Origin: Acidobacteriota bacterium
GTDB lineage: Bacteria > Acidobacteriota > UBA6911
Direction of reading: 5' to 3'
NCBI GenBank assembly: GCA_965249005.1
Contig: CBDFLD010000011.1
Location: 8,303 to 72,302, forward strand
Length of the DNA: 64,000 bases
The position numbers were made by a program, and so were the translations under genes. Position 1 is the stretch's first letter. Every line of letters begins with the position of its first letter. Below the pieces are notes generated by a model. The model was not told the DNA's origin and made no database searches. It saw only the letters and a list, made by a program, of their open reading frames with translations. Shown here in pieces: positions 9,688-19,305 of this stretch.

Positions 9688-11043
9688 GTGGGGGATTTGT
9701 TGAGCAAGGTTGGGTTTATCAGTCTGGGCTGTCCGAAAAACCGGGTCGACAGCGAGGTGATGCTTGGTCTGCTGAAGCAACAAGGCCATACGGTCACGCC
9801 CAGGCCGGAAGATGCAGAGATTGTAGTAGTAAATACCTGCAGTTTTATCGAGGACTCCAAGCAAGAGTCCATCGATGCGATCCTGGAGGCCGCCGAGCTG
9901 AAGAAATCGGGGCGCTGCAAGAAGCTGGTCGTGACCGGATGCCTGGCAGAACGCTATCCTCGAGACATACAAGAAAATCTCGTTGAGGTCGATGGTATCC
10001 TCGGAACAAACCAGCTCGAGCACATCACGAGCGTTGTCGACGGGCGCTCGATCCCGCCGCCCGTGTCCTTCGGCCGGAGTGACGCGGATCTGTACCTCTA
10101 CGATCACGATACCCCCCGTTTGCTGTCAACGCCTTCTTACTCGGCCTATTTGAAGATTTCAGAAGGATGCAATCACACCTGCGCCTTCTGCATCATTCCA
10201 AAAATCCGCGGCCCCTTTAGAAGCCGCACGATTCATTCCATCGTCGAGGAAGCACGAGCTCTAGGGTCACGCGGTGTCGGCGAGATCACTCTCGTCTCCC
10301 AGGACACAACCAACTACGGAACCGACCTTGGAGCGAAAGACGGGTTGGCCCGCCTGTTAGAGGAGTTGGCGTGCTTGGACTCGATTCACTGGGTAAGGTT
10401 CCTTTATCTATATCCGAACGGGGTACACGACAGACTCCTGGACGTCGTGGCATCGCACGAGAAGATCTGCAGTTATGTGGACATGCCGCTGCAGCACTCC
10501 AGCACCTCGGTTCTCAAGGCTATGCAGCGGGGCGGAAATAGGAAGAGCCTTTCACGCCTCGTCGCACGTATTCGGCGGCGAATTCCTGGAGTTACCCTCA
10601 GAACGACCATGATCGTCGGGTTTCCGGGAGAGACGGAGGAGGATTTCCTGGACTTGCAGGACTTCTGCGAAGAAATGGAATTCGATCGACTGGGCGTTTT
10701 TACATACTCCGACGAAGAAGACACCGCAGCCTACGGCAATGCCGCCAAGGTACCACGCTCCGTAGCAGATGAGCGGAAGGCAGAGCTCATGGCCCAGCAA
10801 GCGCAGATTGCAGCGCGAAAGAACGCCCAGCTCATCAACAAGAAGTTGCCGGTCTTGATCGAGGGTGTCTCGGCAGAGAGTGAGTACCTCTTGGCGGGGC
10901 GGCTGGAATCACAGGCTCCCGAAATTGACGGTGTATGCTTGATCAACGATTCCAAGATCCCGAACATACAGGCGGGCGAATTCAGAATATTCTGCGTCAC
11001 CGATGCACTGGGCCACGATCTTCTTGGAAGCATCGTGGCATGA
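9688..11043 (+). CDS. rimO: Ribosomal protein S12 methylthiotransferase RimO (radical SAM)
   Basis: KVGFISLGCPKNRVDSEVMLGLL N-terminal MTTase domain, EGCNHTCAFCIIPKIRGPFRSR radical SAM CxxxCxxC motif, C-terminal TRAM-like region. GTG start. Confidence 0.9.
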   Translation: MGDLLSKVGFISLGCPKNRVDSEVMLGLLKQQGHTVTPRPEDAEIVVVNTCSFIEDSKQESIDAILEAAELKKSGRCKKLVVTGCLAERYPRDIQENLVEVDGILGTNQLEHITSVVDGRSIPPPVSFGRSDADLYLYDHDTPRLLSTPSYSAYLKISEGCNHTCAFCIIPKIRGPFRSRTIHSIVEEARALGSRGVGEITLVSQDTTNYGTDLGAKDGLARLLEELACLDSIHWVRFLYLYPNGVHDRLLDVVASHEKICSYVDMPLQHSSTSVLKAMQRGGNRKSLSRLVARIRRRIPGVTLRTTMIVGFPGETEEDFLDLQDFCEEMEFDRLGVFTYSDEEDTAAYGNAAKVPRSVADERKAELMAQQAQIAARKNAQLINKKLPVLIEGVSAESEYLLAGRLESQAPEIDGVCLINDSKIPNIQAGEFRIFCVTDALGHDLLGSIVA

Positions 11044-11100
11044 TGCTTGGCGAGTCGCAGCATGTGTCGCCCGTTTTGTGGGCAGCCGACCAAAGGGTTC

Positions 11101-11319
11101 ATGTTCGTTCAATGTCCAAGGTGTAAGAGGAAGATTTCCTACGAGGGAAATCCCTATCGCCCATTCTGCGGCGAACGGTGCAAATCGGTGGACTTGGGAA
11201 ACTGGCTCTCGGAGTCCTATCGTATTCCGACCAGTACTTCTCAGGATGTCGCGGACGAAGTTGCCGAACCGGATGGTGTTCCGCTCGAGGAAACCGAACG
11301 CCGCTTCAATGACTCATGA
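11101..11319 (+). CDS. yacG: DNA gyrase inhibitor YacG (zinc-ribbon protein)
   Basis: [43 protein letters not shown] matches the YacG CxxC...CxxxC zinc ribbon. ATG 11101 is preferred over the ORF-track start at 11047. Confidence 0.85.
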   Translation: MFVQCPRCKRKISYEGNPYRPFCGERCKSVDLGNWLSESYRIPTSTSQDVADEVAEPDGVPLEETERRFNDS

Positions 11320-11795
11320 AACCGTCTCTTGCTTTATTTCTGGCCACGGGAGGATACATCGGGCTCATTCCGGGGGCCCCCGGAACGTATGCCTCGCTGG
11401 CAACCACGGTGATTTTTTATCTCATCCTCGTCTTGGTCGGTCCCGTCCGGCCAGAGATCCACGTGGTAGCTGCAGTGGTCGTCATCCTGGTGGGAATTCG
11501 CTCCTCGGCGGCGGCCTCCCGGCAACTGCAAAAAGAGGATCCTCGGGAAATCGTCATTGACGAGGTCGCCGGGCAGCTGATTGCACTCTTCATGGTGGTT
11601 CAGGTCTCCAACCTTGTTCTCGGTTTTTTACTTTTTCGTCTCTTCGATATTTGGAAACCGTTCCCTATACGACGACTGGAGCATTTCAAGAATGGATGGG
11701 GCATAATGGCCGACGACGTCCTGGCCGGTGTTTATGCGAGCTTGACCCTCCTGATCCTCTCCGGCCTACTGGGTTACCTTCACAGACTACAATGA
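11316..11795 (+). CDS. pgpA: Phosphatidylglycerophosphatase A
   Basis: [20 protein letters not shown] ... [11 protein letters not shown] ... [16 protein letters not shown] ... [15 protein letters not shown] are PgpA family motifs. Confidence 0.9.
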   Translation: MKPSLALFLATGGYIGLIPGAPGTYASLATTVIFYLILVLVGPVRPEIHVVAAVVVILVGIRSSAAASRQLQKEDPREIVIDEVAGQLIALFMVVQVSNLVLGFLLFRLFDIWKPFPIRRLEHFKNGWGIMADDVLAGVYASLTLLILSGLLGYLHRLQ

Positions 11796-13045
11796 AAGCT
11801 GAAATCATCGCCGTCGGATCTGAATTGCTGACCCCCGATCACGCGGACACCAACTCCCTGTTCTTGACCCAGAAGCTCAACGAGGCAGGCTTTCAGGTCC
11901 ACTTGAAATCCATTGTCGGGGACGATGAGAACGACCTTCGTCAAATCATCCAGGCGGCCCTGGGGCGCTCCGGGCTGATCCTCCTCAGTGGCGGCCTGGG
12001 TCCAACGGAGGATGACAGAACGCGTACCGCGGTCGCCAGCGCGCTCGGACGGAATCTGCGCCTGGATCCAGAGCTTTTGGAAAGGCTCGAGAAGAGGTTC
12101 GCCAAGTACGGATTCCAGATGCCGCTCAACAATCGACGCCAAGCTGAGGTCATTGACGGGGCGGAAATCCTGCCGAATCCGAACGGAACGGCGCCGGGTA
12201 TGTGGCTCGAAATAAAAGAGGCTCGGATGGCTCTTCTTCCGGGTCCTCCCCGTGAGATTCAACCCATGTTCGAGGAGCAAGTGTTGCCCAGGATTTCGCA
12301 CCTGGCCGGATCTCGCCATCAAGAAAGGCGTGCCCTGAACATTATCGGCCTGACGGAATCGGATGTCGACGCCAGGATCGCCCCGATTTACACGACCTAT
12401 CCGGACGTGGAAACCACAATTCTCGCGCAGTCGGGTCACATCGGGTTGAGACTCTACCAATGGGTTCATTCCGGCCGAGAGCCGAAGGAGCTCATCGAGC
12501 TATGCGAGAAGATCAGCCATGAACTGGGCGATGCAATATTCACTCATGACAACGAATCGCTGGAGGAGGTTGTCGGCCGACTGTTCTCGGACGAGAACCA
12601 GACGCTCGCCGTAGCGGAGTCGTGCACATCCGGTGTCCTGGCAGCAAGAATTACAAGTGTCGCGGGAAGCTCGAACTACTTCAAGGGTGGCGTGCTCTGT
12701 TACAGTAACGAGGTCAAGGTGACGCTTTGTGGGGTCGCGGCGGAGACGCTGGGAAGGCACGGCGCCGTCAGCAACGAGGTCGCGCGGGAATTGGCCGAAG
12801 GGGTTCGCAAGAAGTTGGGATCTTCGATCGGCCTCTCCGTGACCGGGATTGCGGGACCAGGCGGAGGGTCCCCCGAGAAGCCGGTCGGTCTTGTCTTCAT
12901 CGGTTTGTCCGATGGAAAGCGCACGCAACTGCTCAACCGGGTACTTCCAGGAAACCGCAACACCATTCGGGAGCGCGCCACCTCTCTGGCATTGAACGGG
13001 CTCCGCACCTTTGTCATGCAAACGTCCACCCCATCGACCCCATGA
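11792..13045 (+). CDS. cinA: CinA-family protein (MoCF-binding domain + nicotinamide-nucleotide amidase domain)
   Basis: [34 protein letters not shown] ... LAVAESCTSGVLAARITSVAGSSNYFKGGVLCYSNEVK. ATG 11792 forms an ATGA overlap with the pgpA stop. The ORF-track start at 11651 lies inside pgpA. Confidence 0.9.
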   Translation: MKAEIIAVGSELLTPDHADTNSLFLTQKLNEAGFQVHLKSIVGDDENDLRQIIQAALGRSGLILLSGGLGPTEDDRTRTAVASALGRNLRLDPELLERLEKRFAKYGFQMPLNNRRQAEVIDGAEILPNPNGTAPGMWLEIKEARMALLPGPPREIQPMFEEQVLPRISHLAGSRHQERRALNIIGLTESDVDARIAPIYTTYPDVETTILAQSGHIGLRLYQWVHSGREPKELIELCEKISHELGDAIFTHDNESLEEVVGRLFSDENQTLAVAESCTSGVLAARITSVAGSSNYFKGGVLCYSNEVKVTLCGVAAETLGRHGAVSNEVARELAEGVRKKLGSSIGLSVTGIAGPGGGSPEKPVGLVFIGLSDGKRTQLLNRVLPGNRNTIRERATSLALNGLRTFVMQTSTPSTP

Positions 13046-13608
13046 GGACCTTTATTGCCATCCCGCTGCCCACGGGAGTTCGTGACAAGCTCGAACCAAT
13101 CCTGGCGGAATTCCGGTCTCTGAGCTCCGCTGTGCGATGGACAAAAACCGAGAACCTTCATCTGACCCTGAAATTCGTGGGCGGAATCAGCCCCGCGCCC
13201 ATGGAGGAGTTGACCCTTCGACTGCACGAGACCCTGGCCCACACGCCGCGCTTCCGTCTCCGGTTGGACGGCTACGGAGCGTTTCCCAATCTCCGCCGTC
13301 CGAGAGTCTTCTGGTCTGCGGTCAGGGGCGCGGTGCGAGAGCTCCAGGTAGCGCAGGGAAGAGTCGAGTTGGCGTGCATCCAGGCAAGGGTTCCGGGGGA
13401 GTTGAAACCGTTTGTCCCACACCTGACCTTGGGGCGAGTGCGGGACAAAAGAAACTTACACCCGGTTTTGGAATATATTAGAATTGCGCCGTGCCCCAAA
13501 GAAGACTTCGACGTGGATCAAATCAACATCTACACGAGCGAGTTGACTCCCCAGGGGCCGATCCATAGCTTGACGAAAGCGATTCGCCTCTTAGCCTTGG
13601 AGTCCTGA
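13042..13608 (+). CDS. thpR: RNA 2',3'-cyclic phosphodiesterase (2H phosphoesterase, LigT/ThpR)
   Basis: MRTFIAIPLP..., with two HxTx motifs (NLHLTLKFVG and PHLTLGRV). ATGA overlap with the cinA stop. Confidence 0.85.
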   Translation: MRTFIAIPLPTGVRDKLEPILAEFRSLSSAVRWTKTENLHLTLKFVGGISPAPMEELTLRLHETLAHTPRFRLRLDGYGAFPNLRRPRVFWSAVRGAVRELQVAQGRVELACIQARVPGELKPFVPHLTLGRVRDKRNLHPVLEYIRIAPCPKEDFDVDQINIYTSELTPQGPIHSLTKAIRLLALES

Positions 13609-14228
13609 TGGCTGTCGACTCTCTGATTCCCGGTTTGCCCATTACGTTGTTCGCCTATCTGATCGGAGCGGTTCCCTTCGGCTACCTGATTGTGAGATCG
13701 ACGCAGGGGAAGGATATTCGAGGCGAAGGAAGTGGAAACATCGGTGCGACGAACGTCTACCGATCCAACCGTTGGGCGGGAGTCTTGACCCTCGTCTGCG
13801 ATAGCCTCAAAGGGTATCTCGCGGTGAGGCTAGCCGGGATCCTTTCTGACGCAGACCTTTTTTGGATGGCCCTATCCGCAGTCGCGGCGATCATGGGACA
13901 TGCCTTTACCGTTTTTTTGCGGTTCAAGGGTGGAAAGGGAGTTGCGACGGGATGTGGGGCGTACTTGGCCCTGGCTCCCTCGGCCGTGATTTTGACTTTG
14001 GGGGTGTTCATCGTCGTCTTATTATTGTCTCGTTACATCTCTCTTTCTTCAATTCTGGCGACAGCGGCTTTTCCACTCTGGGTCTACTGGATGGGCGATC
14101 CGCTGGTGGTCGTGGGAGGCGCGGCGGTTGGTGCCGCCGTCATCGTGGCCAAGCATCATCAGAACGTTGGCCGATTACTCGCGGGAACCGAAAACAAGTT
14201 TGCCTTCGGGGGGCAGCCGCAACCGTGA
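13608..14228 (+). CDS. plsY: Glycerol-3-phosphate acyltransferase PlsY
   Basis: FGYLIVRSTQGKDIRGEGSGNIGATNVYR ... FKGGKGVATG are PlsY motifs. The start overlaps the thpR stop by 1 nt (TGATG). Confidence 0.92.
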   Translation: MAVDSLIPGLPITLFAYLIGAVPFGYLIVRSTQGKDIRGEGSGNIGATNVYRSNRWAGVLTLVCDSLKGYLAVRLAGILSDADLFWMALSAVAAIMGHAFTVFLRFKGGKGVATGCGAYLALAPSAVILTLGVFIVVLLLSRYISLSSILATAAFPLWVYWMGDPLVVVGGAAVGAAVIVAKHHQNVGRLLAGTENKFAFGGQPQP

Positions 14229-14266
14229 TGACCCCCGGATTAACCATGGAGCGATGAGAAGATTCT

Positions 14267-14449
14267 ATGACCATTAGCAAGGAACTGCTCGAGATACTCG
14301 CGTGCCCACTCTGCAAAGAGGAGGTCCAGTTGACACCGGATGAGAAGGGACTAAGGTGTGTCAAGTGTCACCGAGTCTACCCGATCCGCGATGACATTCC
14401 GATCATGCTGATCGATGAAGCGCAAACCGAGGAGGATGGTAAGGCCTGA
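14267..14449 (+). CDS. Trm112/YcaR (UPF0434) family small zinc-ribbon protein
   Basis: LLEILACPLCKEEVQLTPDEKGLRCVKCHRVYPIRDDIPIMLIDEA is the characteristic Trm112-like pattern. Confidence 0.85.
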   Translation: MTISKELLEILACPLCKEEVQLTPDEKGLRCVKCHRVYPIRDDIPIMLIDEAQTEEDGKA

Positions 14450-14499
14450 CATGCCTGTAAGGCACCAGAGCGCAACCTGAACTGAAAGGACAATGCACC

Positions 14500-15609
14500 T
14501 TGTTTGGGCGGCACAAAGACGCGGACCCCCCCGAAGCAGTAAGAGCCGCCCTTGCTCGAGCGTCTCGCATCCTGCTGATTCGGCTACGTTCCTTGGGTGA
14601 CTCCATACTTCTTCTTCCCCTGCTGGAGGCACTCAAGGTATGGCGTCCGACACTCAGCATCGATGTCCTCTGTGAGACCACGTTCTCGGAAGTTTTCGCC
14701 CACCATCCCGCCGTATCGGACCTTGTCACAATCCGACCGCGAAACTCAAGTACCTCTCAGGGCTGGAGCAGGACTCGAGCCACGATTGAGATTCGACGGA
14801 GGCATTACTCAGCGGTCATGAACCTCCACGGTGGCACCACTTCCGCATTCATGACCGCCGCCAGCGGCGCTCGGTGGAGGGTAGGACTTGCGGGCTTTCG
14901 AAACTCCTGGGCCTACAATGCCCTGGTTCCGGACTCCTCAAAAATATGGGGACGGTCTGCCTTGCATACCGTCGAGCATCAGCTAACCCTGTTGCGCTGG
15001 CTCGAAATACCCATTCCGGACCCCGCTCGCGTGTCTATTCACATCAACCCACAGATGCGAAAAAGTGTCGGCTCTCGCTTGGAAGCCGCCGGACTCCGGT
15101 CATCCCGATACGTTCTGATACAACCTACCGCCACGCTCTTTACCAAACAATGGAACGAGCGCCGTTTTGCGCAACTCGCCGATCAGCTTCATCGGCGCTA
15201 TTCGTTTCCTCTGATTTTTACGGCCGCCGCCCCGGAAGAACACATCCTGTCGACAATCAAAACGTATGCCGCGGAACGACACCACTACTGGTCCGACCTC
15301 AGCCTCGGCGAGCTCTTCGCGCTTGTTGATGGGTGCCGATTGTTTGTCGGCAACGACAGCGGTCCGACTCACGCCGCCGCGGCCATGACGAAACCGGTCG
15401 TCGTCGTTTGGGGATCGTCAGATCACGTCGCATGGCACCCATGGCTGACCGACCATGAGCTGATACGTTCCGACCTGCCGTGCATGCCGTGCCCAGGGTA
15501 TAGCTGTGAAGTGTTCGGGGAACCGCGATGCATCATGGAAATCGGGGTTGCCACCGTACTGGAGGCGTGCGAGCGCATCCTGAGGAAAACCAACCAACAG
15601 GAGGTTTAA
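14500..15609 (+). CDS. Glycosyltransferase family 9 (LPS heptosyltransferase-like)
   Basis: RILLIRLRSLGDSILLLPLLEALK N-terminal motif and FVGNDSGPTHAAAAMTKPVVVVWG C-terminal motif of GT9 enzymes. TTG start is uncertain. Confidence 0.85.
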   Translation: MFGRHKDADPPEAVRAALARASRILLIRLRSLGDSILLLPLLEALKVWRPTLSIDVLCETTFSEVFAHHPAVSDLVTIRPRNSSTSQGWSRTRATIEIRRRHYSAVMNLHGGTTSAFMTAASGARWRVGLAGFRNSWAYNALVPDSSKIWGRSALHTVEHQLTLLRWLEIPIPDPARVSIHINPQMRKSVGSRLEAAGLRSSRYVLIQPTATLFTKQWNERRFAQLADQLHRRYSFPLIFTAAAPEEHILSTIKTYAAERHHYWSDLSLGELFALVDGCRLFVGNDSGPTHAAAAMTKPVVVVWGSSDHVAWHPWLTDHELIRSDLPCMPCPGYSCEVFGEPRCIMEIGVATVLEACERILRKTNQQEV

Positions 15610-16607
15610 CGACCGGAAATCCGAGCAAGTAGTTCTTCCGAGCGAATCGACGCGGTTCCGAGCTTAGCCACCACGATCCCGGCCGCAACGTTGGACAACA
15701 CTGCCGCCTCTAGCACGGGGAGGCCCGCGGTAAGGCCCAGGGCCAGTGTGGAGATAACGGTGTCCCCCGCACCGGTTACGTCAAAAACTTCCCGCGCAAC
15801 GGTCGGGATGTGAATCGCTCTGTCCTTTCCTTTGAACAGCGTCATTCCCTCTTCGCCTCGAGTAATCAACAGATTCTGAATCCTGGTTTTTGCCAGTAGC
15901 GTCCGCCCGGCACGAAGCAAGTCGCGCCGGTTCGAAATTGAAATCCCAGTCGCGCGTTCCGCCTCATGGGCATTCGGCGTCATGATCGTGGCCGGTCCGT
16001 AAGGAGCAAACCCGTTGGACCTCGGATCAATACACACAATCACGCCGGACCTTCGAGCGATCGGCAGCATGCTTCGGAGTAGGTTTTTCGTTAACAGCCC
16101 CTTGGCATAATCCGAAATGACGACGGCATCTACTCTCGGCAAAGCAGCGCGGAACCGCTCCAGGACCTTTTGTTGGATCGACTCGGAAAGAGGCTGGCGA
16201 TCTTCTCTATCCGTTCGACAAACCTGTTGATGGTGCGCAATGATGCGGGTCTTGACCGTCGTGTAGCGCTCACGGTCCACCACGAGCCCACGCAATGGCA
16301 GTTCCATCGATCGCAGCTCGTCTTTGAGGCGGCGGCCCTCGAAGTCATCCCCGATGACGCCGAGAGGAATCGATTTCGCACCGAGGCTTCTTATGTTTGC
16401 CGAAACGTTTGCGCCTCCACCAAGGTGAGTAGACTCGGTTTTGACATCCACGACCGGGACCGGCGCTTCGGGACTGATTCGGTTTACAGCACCCCAGATG
16501 AACCGGTCGAGCATCATGTCGCCCACCACCAGAATACGCTTGCGGGCGAATTCCCCGACCGCGCTGACCAAATCTTCAGCATTGCATCGGTTCAGGCCAT
16601 CAACCAT
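15606..16607 (-). CDS. hldA: D-glycero-beta-D-manno-heptose-7-phosphate kinase (RfaE domain I type, PfkB family)
   Basis: RILVVGDMMLDRFIWG...RISPEAPVPVV...HLGGGANVSANIRSLGA ... DVTGAGDTVISTLALGL. ATG 16607 (MVDGLNRC...) is preferred. The ORF track extends to 16724, which overlaps the upstream gene. Confidence 0.85.
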   Translation of the reverse strand: MVDGLNRCNAEDLVSAVGEFARKRILVVGDMMLDRFIWGAVNRISPEAPVPVVDVKTESTHLGGGANVSANIRSLGAKSIPLGVIGDDFEGRRLKDELRSMELPLRGLVVDRERYTTVKTRIIAHHQQVCRTDREDRQPLSESIQQKVLERFRAALPRVDAVVISDYAKGLLTKNLLRSMLPIARRSGVIVCIDPRSNGFAPYGPATIMTPNAHEAERATGISISNRRDLLRAGRTLLAKTRIQNLLITRGEEGMTLFKGKDRAIHIPTVAREVFDVTGAGDTVISTLALGLTAGLPVLEAAVLSNVAAGIVVAKLGTASIRSEELLARISGR

Positions 16608-16707
16608 AGCTCTCAGTACTCCTGCCAAGTAGTGCCGCCGCAGTAAACGGGATGTGGAACCTCCGCCGTTTTCCGCGTATTCATAGCCGCAAACGGCAAA
16701 ACTTGAT

Positions 16708-17373
16708 TCAAGCTCCCGGGACAATAATCGAGGGACCGCCCCTGTTCACTTCCCCCCCACGAGGCATGGAGCGAGCAAGAAAATCGACGTAGCCCGTACC
16801 GCTTTCGGCCTGCGTGAGGTGGCTCTCCACGACCTCGCGAACGAGCTGGAGGCAATCGATGGCATCATCGAGACGAAGCCTGTCATCCACGGCTTCAATT
16901 ACCCTATCCGGTTTCTTAGACGATCCTTTTCTCTTTTCGTCTACCACTTCCTTCAGAGACCGACGCAAGGCCTCCACTCGCAGGTCGTTGCTGGTGCGTT
17001 CGTAAACGATTCCCTTTTGTTCCGTACGGTAGGTCGCCAACAGGTCATCCAGTGCCTGCGCCACATCCCTATCCCTGAGATCTCTGGAGGATCGTCGCTC
17101 CTGGGCCACAACGTATTCGAGATGGGCAATTTCCTGCTCGAACCGCTGCAGCAACCTTGCCCGCGCTCTCTGCTTTACCGGATCCGGACTGCGCAGATGC
17201 CGCACGTGCTCCATGTAGGCTTCGTAGCTGCGGCCCATCTTCAGATACTGGCAATCCTCGGGACAATTGATCTCCAGAATGCGCTTCTCGCCGCAGCACT
17301 TGGCGCAAATCTCGCCGTCCTTGGCCGGGCACTGTCTTTTTCCTTTTCGCTGACCGCATACAATACACTTCAT
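16708..17373 (-). CDS. Hypothetical protein with Cys-rich N-terminus (8 Cys in the first 42 residues)
   Basis: MKCIVCGQRKGKRQCPAKDGEICAKCCGEKRILEINCPEDCQYL, followed by a charged helical region. No family recognised. Confidence 0.55.
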   Translation of the reverse strand: MKCIVCGQRKGKRQCPAKDGEICAKCCGEKRILEINCPEDCQYLKMGRSYEAYMEHVRHLRSPDPVKQRARARLLQRFEQEIAHLEYVVAQERRSSRDLRDRDVAQALDDLLATYRTEQKGIVYERTSNDLRVEALRRSLKEVVDEKRKGSSKKPDRVIEAVDDRLRLDDAIDCLQLVREVVESHLTQAESGTGYVDFLARSMPRGGEVNRGGPSIIVPGA

Positions 17374-17480
17374 CTTTACTCTCCGCTTACCTCAATGTAT
17401 CACAAGGGCTCGTACGATCGGGAGTCTACGGTCACACCCACCCATATCGTCTGGCCGTTTGGCGGAAACGAACGGCAATT

Positions 17481-18200
17481 TCAACTCCTCGCCCGGCATG
17501 CCTCCCGGTCACGGCAGTATTGTTCCAAGAACTTCTTGGCACGCTCGTAGGCGGGATGGGCTCGCTCCGCCTTCCGGAATGCTGGGGAGTGACGACGGGC
17601 CCGAGCAGATCCCTTCCCCTCGAAAAGGACATGAAGCATTTCATGATAGACGACGAATGCCAGAATAGATCGCGGAACCTCCGGGGAATCGAGAACCGGG
17701 CTTACCGAAATGGTTTGATGCACCGGATCGTAGTGAGCGAGCCTCCCCCAGCTGTTCCGTCTTCCCCAGCCAAGCTCGCGTATCTCAATTTGGTCATTGA
17801 AGTAGCGGGCATTTACTTCATCAAACACCTCAGCCAGGGAGTGATGCGAGGAATCGCCGGACCTCAATCGCTTTCGACCACGTGTCCGCCTCCGTTGCTC
17901 AACAGCGGCAACGACGGGAGCGGCGCTCCGGTATGCGTTGTAGAGTCGCTGCATTTCAGGCGGCGGCAATCGACGAAGGATCTTACCGGCAAGTATCCAG
18001 GTAACGGCCTCCAGGAGCGTCCGGGGGGCGTCGCGGCAGTGATCACTCACCCGAACATGCCATCGATCAGCCTTCCGGCGAATTGTGTGGGTCAATCCAA
18101 TATAAGGGTAGAACTCAGCGAGGATCGGGATTGTTCGAAAAAAAGGAGACGCAGTTTGGAGCACAGATTGAACAATTTCTTGCAATTGGTTGTTGTTCAT
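17481..18200 (-). CDS. SprT-like / DUF45-type zinc metallopeptidase-fold protein
   Basis: LGWGRRNSWGRLAHYD..TISVSPVL....FVVYHEMLHVLFEGKG...HSPAFRKAE: HExxH embedded in the pattern typical of SprT/YgjP-like proteins. Confidence 0.6.
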   Translation of the reverse strand: MNNNQLQEIVQSVLQTASPFFRTIPILAEFYPYIGLTHTIRRKADRWHVRVSDHCRDAPRTLLEAVTWILAGKILRRLPPPEMQRLYNAYRSAAPVVAAVEQRRRTRGRKRLRSGDSSHHSLAEVFDEVNARYFNDQIEIRELGWGRRNSWGRLAHYDPVHQTISVSPVLDSPEVPRSILAFVVYHEMLHVLFEGKGSARARRHSPAFRKAERAHPAYERAKKFLEQYCRDREACRARS

Positions 18201-18250
18201 CTACTGGCAATCAGCTGTCAGCTATCAGCCGCACCAACGACGCAGTCAGC

Positions 18251-18282
18251 GTTCCAAGTGACCGGCGCGTCGCGCCGGTCAG
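18251..18282. repeat. REP-like palindromic element, copy 1 (TTCCAAG-TGACCGGCGCG-T-CGCGCCGGTCA-G)
   Basis: Perfect 11-bp inverted repeat at 18259-18281. The flanks resemble copies 2 and 3. Confidence 0.7.
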
Positions 18283-18385
18283 ACCCTGAATGCTCTTAAG
18301 TAACTGCTCGCGGATCTGCTGCTATGCGAGTAACTTAGCAAATCGTCAAAAACCACCCTTTTTCACGGTGCGCTGCGCAGTTACG

Positions 18386-18445
18386 TTCCCAAGCGACTGG
18401 CGCGTTGCGCCAGTCAGAAGCGACTGGCGCGTTGCGCCAGTCAGC
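18386..18445. repeat. REP-like palindromic elements, copies 2 and 3 in tandem (AAGCGACTGGCGCGTTGCGCCAGTCAG x2)
   Basis: Two adjacent units, each containing the hairpin GACTGGCGC-GTT-GCGCCAGTC. They lie between the ABC-2 permease stop (18454) and the SprT-like gene start (18200). Confidence 0.75.
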
Positions 18446-18453
18446 GCTGGAAG

Positions 18454-19254
18454 CTAATTTCCTGTACTCTTGTACTGACGGACACCCTGGTCCCACACCA
18501 GAAGCGCGACACCAGCCACGGACAGCGCGACGACCGGGACCAGGTAGAACTCGGTGGAGAATTCCGTTCGGCCCAGAAAGCGTACCGTCGGGTAGAAGGA
18601 GGCAAATGCAAAGGGTACGACCCAACTCAAGACGAACTGGATGAACGTATTGTAGATCGTGATCGGATATCGGCCGAACGCAATCATGTTGAAAATCGGA
18701 GGACTGATACCGATCCTGTCCTCGAACCAAAAATTGACGCTGCTCAATAGGACGAAAACAAAGACATAGATTGCCGCTCCGCACAGTGCCACTCCTGAAA
18801 ACAGGATCAGGTTCGTCAAACTCCAATGAATGCCCAGCTTGATCGAACAATAGACGACTGCCGCCAGGCCTGTCACGATCTCTTGAAACGATTCCAGCCG
18901 GAAGTTCTCAAAGAGGATCTGGTAAAGGGAGTAAACCGGACGGAGGAGCACTCGGTCAAACTTTCCTTCCACTATGTAAATGTTGCCGAACTCGTACAGA
19001 TTGAGGCTCACGATGTTGAACAGCCCCATGGGAATCAGAGAAAAACCGTAGATGAACAGGACTTCTTCGAAGCTCCAGCCCTTCAAATGAGGAATCCGGG
19101 TGAAGAGGATCAACACAAATCCGTACCCGGCCAAAGTTGCCAGGACGCTGGTGAAGACTGCAACGAAGAAATCTGTCTTGTACGCCAGTCGTGTCTTTGC
19201 GTATTGAGCGAAATAGTGCCCAAGCAAGGTCACGAGTTTGGGTAGCTTCGGCAA
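18454..19254 (-). CDS. ABC-2 family transporter permease (DUF990-like)
   Basis: Polytopic. LLGHYFAQYAKTRLAYKTDFFVAVFTSVLATLAGYGFVLILFTRIPHLKGWSFEEVLFIYGF is typical of this permease family. Same operon as the ATPase at 20237-21235. Confidence 0.75.
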   Translation of the reverse strand: MPKLPKLVTLLGHYFAQYAKTRLAYKTDFFVAVFTSVLATLAGYGFVLILFTRIPHLKGWSFEEVLFIYGFSLIPMGLFNIVSLNLYEFGNIYIVEGKFDRVLLRPVYSLYQILFENFRLESFQEIVTGLAAVVYCSIKLGIHWSLTNLILFSGVALCGAAIYVFVFVLLSSVNFWFEDRIGISPPIFNMIAFGRYPITIYNTFIQFVLSWVVPFAFASFYPTVRFLGRTEFSTEFYLVPVVALSVAGVALLVWDQGVRQYKSTGN

Positions 19255-19305
19255 GTTCTATTCTCCCGGACGCAAAAAATATAGACCATTCGTCAACAGG
19301 CTTGC

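Noticed and set aside
16819-18299. Plus-strand ORFs 16819-17550 and 17520-18299
   Set aside because: Antisense shadows of the Cys-rich and SprT-like genes.
18393-18444. Possible mini-CRISPR (two identical palindromic repeats)
   Set aside because: Only two directly abutting units with no spacers, and no cas genes. Better explained as REP-like hairpins.
18335-18850. 171-aa minus-strand ORF containing WRNAPVASDWRNAPVA
   Set aside because: It overlaps the ABC-2 permease gene in another frame and reads through the REP-like hairpins, so it is an artefact.
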